From Silvanigrellaceae bacterium (GTDB lineage: Bacteria; Bdellovibrionota_B; Oligoflexia; Silvanigrellales; Silvanigrellaceae), in the NCBI GenBank assembly GCA_049423385.1, contig JBMSQQ010000012.1, positions 1 through 49,257 of the forward strand: a stretch of 49,257 nucleotides of DNA, written 5' to 3'. The translations under genes and the position numbers were made by a program. The notes below the pieces were generated by a model. That model saw only the letters and a program-made list of their open reading frames with translations, ran no database searches and was not told the DNA's origin. Shown here one piece after another: positions 8,091 through 16,152 of this stretch; position 1 is the first letter of the stretch, and each line of letters starts with the position of its first letter.

Positions 8091-9677
8091 TCAGTCCCCT
8101 ACGGCTTTCTTGTAGTCGTCGTGTTTGTCGAGGCCGAATTTCTCACATTTCATGATGAGACCTGCACGACTTATACCAAGAATCTTCGCCGCACGCGACT
8201 TGTTCCAGTTTTCACGGATGAGGCAATCGTAAATCATCTTGCGCTCGAGCTCCTCGATGGAGTCCTTGAGCTTGCCGTCGACGCGCAGGCCGGGGAATTT
8301 TTCTTCCTTCTTGACTCGCACCCGATCCGAAAGCAGGTCGCCCGAAATTTCGGTGTCGGAGCCTGCAAGAACACACAGGCGTTCGACTTCGTTTTGCAGC
8401 TCGCGTACATTGCCGGGCCAATCGTGCATTTCGAGTTTTTCCAGGCATTCACTTGACATTTTTTTGCGGGCAGCGTTGGTTGCGCCAGCGTAGTCTTCGA
8501 GGAACTTGCTCACCAGCAGAGGAATATCTTCCTTGCGTTCGCGCAGTGGTGGAACTTTCACCGGAATCACATTCAGTCGGTAGTACAAGTCTTCTCGGAA
8601 CGTGCCGTCTTTGACCATCTGCTCGAGATTTTTGTTGGTTGCGGCAAGAATACGGACGTCGACCTTCTTTTGCTCGGTGCCGCCCACAGGAATAAAAGTT
8701 CCTTCCTGCAGAACGCGCAGCAGCTTGACCTGCATGGCAGGCGATGTGTCACCGATTTCGTCGAGGAAAAGTGTGCCACGGTCGGAGAGTTCGAAGAGAC
8801 CTTTTTTGTCTTTGATGGCGCTCGTGAACGCACCCTTCACATGGCCAAAGAGTTCCGACTCAAGCAGGTTGTCATTGAGTGCTCCGCAGTTTTGCACCAC
8901 GAAGTTTTGCTTTTTGCGCTTGGAATTGAAGTGGATTGCTCGCGCAATTCCTTCCTTTCCTGTTCCGTTTTCACCGGTGACGAGGATCGTTGCATCGGAT
9001 TCGCAGACCTTGGTGAGCAGCTTGAAGAGCTTTACCATGGGCGCAGAACGGCCCACCATTTTGCCGAAGTCCCACTTCTCGGAAAGTTCTTGGGCCAGTG
9101 CTTCGAGACGTTCACCGGATTCGGAAAGTGTTTTTCTCAGCGTGAGAACTTCTTCAATCACAACGTCAACAAGTTCGGTAAGATACTCGATTTCTTTCTT
9201 GCTCAGCACAGGAAGGGAATCGATATAGGCTTCGAGCGACGTCGCGTCGCCGGGGAACTTGTTTTGAAGATAAGTTCTGAGTTGTTTCTTTTGCGCATCA
9301 GCAGTTTCCTGCATCAGGAATCCGTCGGCGAACAGGCAACCCATGTATTTGCCTTCAATGCGCAGCGGCAAAGTAAGGGTACTGAATCCTGCATGGCATG
9401 AACCTGCCCTCGCTCCGGAAGATTCGCTGTTGGCATGGGTGGTATTGCGCGCCGTACCCATGCAATCTTTGAAGCCTTCGTTGTTTTGCGTGATGAAGGC
9501 GCACACCCGGTTGGCAGGATTGAAAAATTTGCCCTGTGGGACGCCCCGCAAGAAGCCGCGAGCATCAGTAAAGTTCAGTTGGACTTTCCACCAGTTGCCT
9601 ACAATTTGGCGAAGTCTTCTGACCACATGCAGGCGTTCAAATTCTTCGTAATTCATGACGTTTGCAACTTCGGCCAT
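8091..9677 (-). CDS. Sigma54-dependent activator with N-terminal PocR sensor domain and Fis HTH
   Basis: GENGTGKE Walker A, ESELFGH.KGAFT, FLDEIG, FREDLYYRL, WPGNVREL; N-terminal C..I...C...SCHAGF....P PocR pattern; GGAGG RBS. Confidence 0.92.
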   Translation of the reverse strand: MAEVANVMNYEEFERLHVVRRLRQIVGNWWKVQLNFTDARGFLRGVPQGKFFNPANRVCAFITQNNEGFKDCMGTARNTTHANSESSGARAGSCHAGFSTLTLPLRIEGKYMGCLFADGFLMQETADAQKKQLRTYLQNKFPGDATSLEAYIDSLPVLSKKEIEYLTELVDVVIEEVLTLRKTLSESGERLEALAQELSEKWDFGKMVGRSAPMVKLFKLLTKVCESDATILVTGENGTGKEGIARAIHFNSKRKKQNFVVQNCGALNDNLLESELFGHVKGAFTSAIKDKKGLFELSDRGTLFLDEIGDTSPAMQVKLLRVLQEGTFIPVGGTEQKKVDVRILAATNKNLEQMVKDGTFREDLYYRLNVIPVKVPPLRERKEDIPLLVSKFLEDYAGATNAARKKMSSECLEKLEMHDWPGNVRELQNEVERLCVLAGSDTEISGDLLSDRVRVKKEEKFPGLRVDGKLKDSIEELERKMIYDCLIRENWNKSRAAKILGISRAGLIMKCEKFGLDKHDDYKKAVGD

Positions 9678-9708
9678 GCCGATCCTCCCGGTTTGTGGAC
9701 TGACTAAT

Positions 9709-9735
9709 TTTTCGGCAGTCTGTCGGGAAACTTGA
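9709..9735 (-). promoter_or_regulatory. Sigma28 (FliA)-type promoter
   Basis: TCAAGTTT-N11-GCCGAAAA versus consensus TAAAGTTT-N11-GCCGATAA, about 30 nt upstream of the ATG at 9677. Confidence 0.65.
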
Positions 9736-9810
9736 GAGGAGTGTCTGTTGGGCAGACATGTGTGGGCAAATTTTCGGCAATTTTTTAGACAGCTGCCCAA
9801 AAGATTGCAC

Positions 9811-9840
9811 TTGACCCGGGAAACGGGCCGAGGTGATACT
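9811..9840 (+). promoter_or_regulatory. Sigma70 promoter for 6S RNA
   Basis: TTGACC-N18-GATACT immediately before the RNA closing stem. Confidence 0.6.
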
Positions 9841-9845
9841 ACGAA

Positions 9846-10027
9846 TGCCTCAGGTGAGCTTGGTTAATATGCCGGTGAACCTACAACGTAAGACACGGGA
9901 GCCAAAACGCCCTCGGTGTGCATGCCCTCCGACTTTGTGCGATTGAGGGAAGCCTGAAGAGGTCGAAAGCGGCACCCACTTTAAAAAAGTGGGTTTCTCT
10001 GTGCTCTTTTTCCTCTCACCTGGGGTT
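9846..10027 (+). ncRNA. ssrS: 6S RNA
   Basis: About 180-nt rod: closing stem CCTCAGGTGAG/CTCACCTGGGG; GAACCTAC/GTGGGTTT and GGGAGCC/GGCACCC flank a central bubble; conserved CGGTGTGCATG, GGAAGCCTGAA, CGGCACCCAC motifs; T tract follows. Confidence 0.88.
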
Positions 10028-10085
10028 TCTTTTTTCAGGCGGCTGTCTGCTGCACTTCAATCAAGTCAATATCCAAATTCCAGAT

Positions 10086-11375
10086 TCAGAACGAGACCGT
10101 GAAGCCAGCACTGAGTGCGTTGGATTTGTGATTGTAGTTGAGTTCCGACTTGTTCGAGTCATCAATTTTGAAGCTGTAGGTCGTGATTTTTTCCTGCGCA
10201 CCTTCGTCGATGCGCACCGACATTGCGTGTTTGTTCCAGGGTACCTTGTATCCCCAGACAAGCGAGGATGACGATGCATGGCCGATGTTCGGTATTTCGG
10301 CGAAGAACAAGTCCTGCGATTCCGTCGCCCGCAATGCAACCTGGTTGCGACCCTCAACAATGCGGCGCTCTGCGCGCATGTTGACTTTCGTGAATGGCAA
10401 GTCCGACAAACCTGCCTGTCGAGCCATGTAGCGCATGGACGATAAAACTTCGCCCTTTTGTGGTGCCGGATTGGCGAGCGCAGTTGCTGGAATCAGGGAT
10501 TCCTCGTCGGACTTTGCGGTTGAAGATCCGGGTTCGAATGTTTCCTTGAGTGTTCTGCGTGATTTTGAGGGGCGTTGAATAAACCACATACCCTCTTTCT
10601 TGACACTGCCGTCTGGCAATTGGCCGAGGCTTGCAAGCAAAGGGCGATTCTTGTTGCGCTTGCCTGCCGGGGTTGTGTCGATCACTTCCACCACATAACG
10701 CGGGCGCGGCGCTTCGGATTTGGCAGCGCTGGAATTGCCTCCTGGAAGAAGCTTGCCAATGCCAAAATCGAATGAAATGCGGCCCTGAAGAATGTCGGCA
10801 AGGGTTTTGTTCTTTTGCGCAAGGTCATTGATGGAACGTTGCAGCAAACGCTCACGCGCGCCGGCGCTGATGTTCGTCCATTGGATGCGACCTCCCAGAG
10901 GCGAAACAGCAACACCTTGGGACTCGGGATTCGACTGAAATCGTTCGTCGAAGTTGATGGCCTGACGGCTGCGGAAATCTTCGATGCAGCCAGCGGCAAA
11001 GTTGCTGTAGTTCTTTTCAAAGAATGAAGGAATCCGGCTCGAAGTCTCACAAGAACCGAAGCCACCGGCACCGTAAAGGCTGTTGAGGTCGTCGCGCGTG
11101 AAGGCACGTCCAAGGACGTCTGTGATGGTCGGACCTCGCGCTGCGCCAGGCACTTGAGGTGGTGGCGTCATGAACAGCGATGAGCTCTGAAGTGGGACAC
11201 CGGAATCGGGCTTTTCCTGCGGGATTGAGGCCGTGGTTTCGGCACGGCGCACGGTCGTGTTTTCGTTTTTGGGTACGAGGGGTGCGGAATACGCGTGGGG
11301 GGCGGCAGCAATGGCAAAGACGCCAGTACACACCGTCAGCGCAAGTTCCGAATTGTAGAAAGTCTTGACAGTCAT
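10086..11375 (-). CDS. Exported hypothetical protein, possible C-terminal beta-strand/outer-membrane domain
   Basis: Signal peptide (..AIAAAPHAYSA), GAGG RBS, C-terminus ALSAGFTVSF resembles a beta-signal. Confidence 0.65.
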   Translation of the reverse strand: MTVKTFYNSELALTVCTGVFAIAAAPHAYSAPLVPKNENTTVRRAETTASIPQEKPDSGVPLQSSSLFMTPPPQVPGAARGPTITDVLGRAFTRDDLNSLYGAGGFGSCETSSRIPSFFEKNYSNFAAGCIEDFRSRQAINFDERFQSNPESQGVAVSPLGGRIQWTNISAGARERLLQRSINDLAQKNKTLADILQGRISFDFGIGKLLPGGNSSAAKSEAPRPRYVVEVIDTTPAGKRNKNRPLLASLGQLPDGSVKKEGMWFIQRPSKSRRTLKETFEPGSSTAKSDEESLIPATALANPAPQKGEVLSSMRYMARQAGLSDLPFTKVNMRAERRIVEGRNQVALRATESQDLFFAEIPNIGHASSSSLVWGYKVPWNKHAMSVRIDEGAQEKITTYSFKIDDSNKSELNYNHKSNALSAGFTVSF

Positions 11376-11594
11376 CGACTCTCTTCCTCCTCGAGTCCGC
11401 TTCAGCAAGAAGCAGGCCACTGCCCGCGAGATCCGACGCACGGCTGGCAACAGACAGGGAATCAACCCAATTCGCGTTTTTGTGGAAAATGACTGCTTGG
11501 TCAAGAGAAAACTTTGTGAATAAACTTGGCAAATTTTTAGACAGTGATTAATTCTTGTCAGGTTTATGAACAACTTTTTTACGGTGGTTGGCGA

Positions 11595-11882
11595 ATGGGT
11601 CTTTACGAAAAACATGTTTTTGTTTGCGAAAATCAACGACCCGAGGGCGATCCTCGTGGCTGTTGTCATTCCAAGGGTGCCCCTGAATTGACGACGGCAT
11701 TGAAGAAGCTGGTTGCCGATGCAGGCCTTGGCAAAAAAGTGCGGATCAACAAGGCAGGCTGCCTTGGACTATGTGCCATGGGAACAGCAGTTGTGATTTA
11801 TCCTGAAGGAACATGGCAAACAAAGGTGAATGCGGAAGACGCTCCGTCGATTTTTGCAAACCACATTGCGGATTCAAAATGA
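11595..11882 (+). CDS. Thioredoxin-like [2Fe-2S] ferredoxin
   Basis: HVFVC.N.R....RGCC, RINKAGCLGLC, VIYPEG.W. Confidence 0.92.
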   Translation: MGLYEKHVFVCENQRPEGDPRGCCHSKGAPELTTALKKLVADAGLGKKVRINKAGCLGLCAMGTAVVIYPEGTWQTKVNAEDAPSIFANHIADSK

Positions 11883-13018
11883 TGAAAAGTGAGCTTCCCC
11901 TTGAGGCAGGCTGTTTGCGCTTGCCTCGTGCATTGAGACATAGCTCGCTGCATGATCGCTACTGCCAACTCACCATGCCGGCCGGTGCGCTCGATGCACT
12001 CATGAATCCTGCCTTGAAAATTCATGCTCAGCGTCTCCACCAGGATGAATCGCCATTGCGCTTTGGTTTTGCCCTTTTCGCCGGAGATCACGCAGTTGCG
12101 CGCGAACATGGTGTGAGTGCCTATCCGCCGGAGGTGACTCCGCAGATGGTTGCAAACATAGTGGCGGGAGGTGCGGCAATCAGCCAACTGGCCCGCTTGC
12201 GGAAAGCACCGCTTTCGGTCTGCGATGTTGGAGTTGCTGACGGATTTGATTCCCTGCTTTCTGTCAGGCCCGCGGACAATATCATTTATCGCAGGGAAAA
12301 CCTGCACAACCAATTCCCGCAGGAAGGTTATGATCGCGGCGCGCGCGACATTACCCGTATGAGTGCCTTGTCTGAGGATGCACATGCACACTGTTGGAAG
12401 GCAGGTGCGCGCAGCGTTGATGAGTTGCTGGACAAGCATCGTTGCGATGCCATTGCGCTCGGTGAAATGGGAATTGGCAACACGACAGCAGCATCAGCGG
12501 TTGCCATGGTGGTCATGGGTCTGCCGGTGGAGAAGTGCGTCGGTCTCGGAACAGGAGTTGATTCTGCGGGCCTTGAACGAAAGCAGAAGGTTGTCGCAGC
12601 AGCGGTGTCGAGGGCCAGCGAAGAAATGCGTCACCTTGTGCGTGATTCCTTGCCTTGGGCACATGCAGTTCTTCAGCAAGTGGGAGGTGCCGAATTGAGC
12701 GCTCTGGCAGGTGCCGCCTGGCGCGCAGCCGAGCGCGGCGTTGTCGTTCTGCTTGATGGAGTGATCGTCACTGCTGCGGTTGCTCCTTTTGCGATGGCGG
12801 AAAAGAATTTTGCCGAGTGGTTGATTGCAAGCCATGAAAGTGCGGAAACGGTGCACAGTGCGCTTTTGGAAAAGCTGGAGTTGCGTCCACTGTTGAATCT
12901 TGGCTTGCGATTGGGTGAAGGCAGTGGCGCTGCATTTGCAGCCGGAATTCTGCAGGATGCCGATGTGCTTTTGCGGAAAATGGCAACTTTTGAATCTGCT
13001 GGCGTCAGTTCAAGCTGA
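11879..13018 (+). CDS. cobT: Nicotinate-nucleotide--dimethylbenzimidazole phosphoribosyltransferase
   Basis: FAGDH.V...GVSAYP.EVT.QMV, GEMGIGNTTAASA, ASH.SAE..H, LRLGEGSGA; ATGA overlap with the ferredoxin. Confidence 0.93.
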   Translation: MMKSELPLEAGCLRLPRALRHSSLHDRYCQLTMPAGALDALMNPALKIHAQRLHQDESPLRFGFALFAGDHAVAREHGVSAYPPEVTPQMVANIVAGGAAISQLARLRKAPLSVCDVGVADGFDSLLSVRPADNIIYRRENLHNQFPQEGYDRGARDITRMSALSEDAHAHCWKAGARSVDELLDKHRCDAIALGEMGIGNTTAASAVAMVVMGLPVEKCVGLGTGVDSAGLERKQKVVAAAVSRASEEMRHLVRDSLPWAHAVLQQVGGAELSALAGAAWRAAERGVVVLLDGVIVTAAVAPFAMAEKNFAEWLIASHESAETVHSALLEKLELRPLLNLGLRLGEGSGAAFAAGILQDADVLLRKMATFESAGVSSS

Positions 13019-13393
13019 TGAATTGAGGATATTGAGTATTGCGCTCATCCGCAGTGGTTTGGAAAAGATGTGCTCGATACCGGCATTTTTTGCGGCGCCC
13101 ACTTCAGGGGAATCCTGAGCGTAACCCGTGATGGCAATGAATTTGGCCTTGCTGTTTTTGCGCAACACCAATTGATAGACGTCATGACCCTTGAGGCTGT
13201 TGGGCAAACTCAGATCACAAAGAATTGCGCGATAGTTTTCTTTCTGGATGAATTCAACAGCCTCTTCGCCGCTCGCCGCAACATCGACTTCGAATCCGGA
13301 CTTTGAAAATTTCATGGCCAACAGTGTTCGAAGTTCAACTTCATCATCAATCACGAGTATGCGTGGCTGTTCTGCCTCGGATGCTGACGTCAT
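13010..13393 (-). CDS. Stand-alone response regulator receiver
   Basis: ILVIDDE, CDLSLP (phospho-Asp), ITGY, FSKP; ATGA overlap with the upstream oxidoreductase. Confidence 0.9.
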   Translation of the reverse strand: MTSASEAEQPRILVIDDEVELRTLLAMKFSKSGFEVDVAASGEEAVEFIQKENYRAILCDLSLPNSLKGHDVYQLVLRKNSKAKFIAITGYAQDSPEVGAAKNAGIEHIFSKPLRMSAILNILNSSA

Positions 13394-15123
13394 GGGTAAA
13401 TCCGTGTGCCCAGTGTCCAATTGATCGGCTGATGTCGGGAAATTCTGGTTTGAATGTCACGTACGCTGTCGAGGGCCAGTTTTGAACTGATTTGGTATTG
13501 GTACATGTGCGCTGCCGATACGCCCGCTGCGATTCCCGAGTGCCATTCGATGGGGTGCAGTCGGGTTGCAGCGTTCGCATGGAACGATTGAGCCATGGTT
13601 TTTCCTGCAACGAGAAGATTGTCCATCGCCTTGTTTGTGAGGGCTCGGAACGGAATAAAGAACGGCAACGTCTCGCTGCGGTTCATGTATGCCGGAAGTT
13701 TGCAGGTCGTGAGGCCATGAAAGTCCGCAACATACGAACCGATTCCAACGCGATCCGAAAATTGTTCTCCCGTGATGTCCTTGGAGCTCGTTGCCGCCAG
13801 GTCCTGAAACTTGAGCACGAAGTCATTGAGTCCAATGCTTCGACGTGTGTCCCGAAGATACGGCATCTTGCTGAGTCCAGTGCCTGTCCCGAAGACATTC
13901 CAGGCACGTGCGAGTCGATTTTGAATTTCTGAGGGAGCTTTGGATTTGAAGTAGTAATACCAGCCGATGGAGTGCCGTTCGGCTTCACGAAGCGTGTTGA
14001 TGTTCACGCCTCCAACCCAGTCTGCTTTTTGAGAAAGTGTCGTTGCTTTGTCGAGAAATAGGTATCCGTAGGGATAATCGTTGCCGGGATTCCAGTTCTG
14101 CATGGAAATATCGCCTGCTTGTGCTCCTGTTCCAGGGGCACCCCGCAGTCGTCGATACGTCCAAATTTCTTGCCAGCTGAATAGCCTGGATGTGGTTTTG
14201 AAATTGTAGAATTCTGGATGTGGAACAGGAAAGGGATTTGGCCCCTCCGAGACTGGCTCGCTGTTGAGAACAGCTGCGAGTGGATAAACGGTTGCCTGAC
14301 CACAAGTGTCATTGTTGTTCAAGCTGCCATCGGCGTCTTCTGTACCTTGCAACCAGGGTGAACCTGAAAGAACCAGAACATCGCCAAACTCGCTGGCGTC
14401 AATCACGATCGGCATCAACTTCTCGCCGGGACCCTTGAAGTTCAATACGGTCTTTGTGAAGTTTTTGCTGTTGGCTGTGGAATACCAGTCGGCAATATCT
14501 TCGGAAAAATAACGCTCGTAGCCGGTGCCGCCGACGGGAGTGCGTTGGATCGCCTTGAGGGAAACAATTCGACGATCCTTGGTTTCGACGGATTTGACGA
14601 CAGTATTGAGATAAACCTTGAGGAAAGACTCGGCCTCAATCGTCGGATTGATGTTTTTTTCCACGAATGGCTTTGGTTCGTAACATTTGTCTGAAACCCA
14701 GCACGCACCAGGATTGCCGTCGAGGGATTTCATCCATTTGAAAAACGTTGACTCGAGATTCTCTTCACGTTGGCTTTCGCGGCCCAGCGGAAGTCCGTTC
14801 GAGGTGATGTGCGAGAAGTCGATGGCGCTCACGCCCGAGGAGGTCATTTGCCCGCCGGGCCAATCGGTGGGCTCGAGCAGGCATGTCAGTCTTTGCTCAC
14901 GAGCAGAAGCCAATGCTGCAGCCAATGCTGCTGTTGATCCGCCGGCGATAATCACTTCACAATTTGGGTCGGCCAAATTGAATGATGAAAGGGTCGACTT
15001 GACCTGTTCCGAATCTCCCCCGGGAGCGGCATTGAAATCCCTTGACTTGCAGCTCACCAATGGAGACGCAGCCACTCCGCTGATAATGGCAAGTGCAGTT
15101 TTTCGACGTATGATTTGTTGCAT
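13390..15123 (-). CDS. FAD-dependent oxidoreductase, putative Tat lipoprotein (start could be 15141)
   Basis: RRK..hydrophobic..LVS-C signal; IIAGGSTAALAAA, EPTDWPGGQ.TS.GV, IDASE.GD, PYLRDTRR, IPFRAL...DNLLVAGK, RLHP.EW..G.AAG. Confidence 0.85.
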   Translation of the reverse strand: MQQIIRRKTALAIISGVAASPLVSCKSRDFNAAPGGDSEQVKSTLSSFNLADPNCEVIIAGGSTAALAAALASAREQRLTCLLEPTDWPGGQMTSSGVSAIDFSHITSNGLPLGRESQREENLESTFFKWMKSLDGNPGACWVSDKCYEPKPFVEKNINPTIEAESFLKVYLNTVVKSVETKDRRIVSLKAIQRTPVGGTGYERYFSEDIADWYSTANSKNFTKTVLNFKGPGEKLMPIVIDASEFGDVLVLSGSPWLQGTEDADGSLNNNDTCGQATVYPLAAVLNSEPVSEGPNPFPVPHPEFYNFKTTSRLFSWQEIWTYRRLRGAPGTGAQAGDISMQNWNPGNDYPYGYLFLDKATTLSQKADWVGGVNINTLREAERHSIGWYYYFKSKAPSEIQNRLARAWNVFGTGTGLSKMPYLRDTRRSIGLNDFVLKFQDLAATSSKDITGEQFSDRVGIGSYVADFHGLTTCKLPAYMNRSETLPFFIPFRALTNKAMDNLLVAGKTMAQSFHANAATRLHPIEWHSGIAAGVSAAHMYQYQISSKLALDSVRDIQTRISRHQPINWTLGTRIYP

Positions 15124-15213
15124 TGTCGGGACCCTTTGCATGATGATTCTTCTCTGCACCCAATTCTAATGGAAACGTCGGCAATCGGCAGTCGTTCTGG
15201 GTGTCATGGAGAG

Positions 15214-16152
15214 ATGTCAATGATTTGGCGAAATGGTGGAGAGACTCTTAAGGGCTCGGTTTGGATAGACGGAAAGACTGTTCCGATTGAATCGGCGACA
15301 ATTCCAGTCACCGATAGAGGCTTGCTGTTTGGGCACGCCATCTTTGAAACCATGCTGGCCGTGGGTGGTGATCTGGTTCTCTGGGAAGAACATCACGCTC
15401 GACTCTGTGCGGGTGCCCTGCGTGCACGTTTGGGCTGCCCGAGCGAAGCCGATTTACGGAATGCATTGCAGGAATGCATGAGCCACTTCAAGAACTCTTG
15501 CGCGCATGCTTTTTCGAAACGGTATTCCGTTCGCCTGATTCTGACCGGTGGAGATGGGCTTTCGCTTCAACCCAGGCGCGACGACCTGGGTCTTCTCGCG
15601 CCTGCCCGGATCATTGTCATTTGTCGACCTTCCACTGGGCCCTCCGAAGAGACGCGTAAAAAAGGCTATGCTTTGAAAGTCTGTGCCGACGCTCGCTCAA
15701 AAGAGTTGGTTGACATCAAGAGTTGTTCTTATTTGTGGAATTTGATGTGCCTGGATGACGCGGTGATCGAGGGATTCGATGACGCGCTGCTTGTCAATCC
15801 GAATGGCGACATCTCCGAATCCACCACGGCAAGTTTCATCTGGATGACCAAAGACGACAAAGTCTTGTGCTCGGCTCCACAAGAAAACAACGTCCTGCCG
15901 GGAACAACCTTGTTGTGCCTGCAAAATGCACTTGCAGCTTTGGGTCATGAAATTCGTTGGCAAGCATTGAAAGTTGGCCATTACGAAAACGTGCTTGCAT
16001 GCGCATTGGTGTCTTCTGTTCGTGGGCTTGTGCCTGTTGGCCGGATTGATGATTTCACTTTCGATGTCGAGGCTGCGCGTGAAACCTTTGATCTGTGGAA
16101 CGAGGCGCTGAAAAATGAGCAGCTCAGGAGCTGTGAATCTCTACTGAAGTGA
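15214..16152 (+). CDS. Class IV PLP aminotransferase (PabC/IlvE/D-AAT family)
   Basis: DRGLLFGHAIFETM, H..RL, IKSCSY (PLP Lys), GFDDAL, E.TTAS, LPGTT. Confidence 0.88.
   Translation: MSMIWRNGGETLKGSVWIDGKTVPIESATIPVTDRGLLFGHAIFETMLAVGGDLVLWEEHHARLCAGALRARLGCPSEADLRNALQECMSHFKNSCAHAFSKRYSVRLILTGGDGLSLQPRRDDLGLLAPARIIVICRPSTGPSEETRKKGYALKVCADARSKELVDIKSCSYLWNLMCLDDAVIEGFDDALLVNPNGDISESTTASFIWMTKDDKVLCSAPQENNVLPGTTLLCLQNALAALGHEIRWQALKVGHYENVLACALVSSVRGLVPVGRIDDFTFDVEAARETFDLWNEALKNEQLRSCESLLK

Noticed and set aside
9918..10271. 117-aa ORF
   Set aside because: Overlaps the 6S RNA and the antisense strand of the next gene
11400..11594. GCCACTG and GGGAA upstream of ferredoxin-cobT as a cobalamin riboswitch
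   Set aside because: Remaining core elements and the B12 box are absent, and the order does not fit
8091..13018. Functional link between the PocR domain and cobT by analogy to pdu/cob
   Set aside because: PocR domains are widespread, there are no pdu genes, and the loci are separated by unrelated genes
13390..15123. FAD enzyme as the missing SQR
   Set aside because: Motifs fit a different FAD-oxidoreductase family, not SQR
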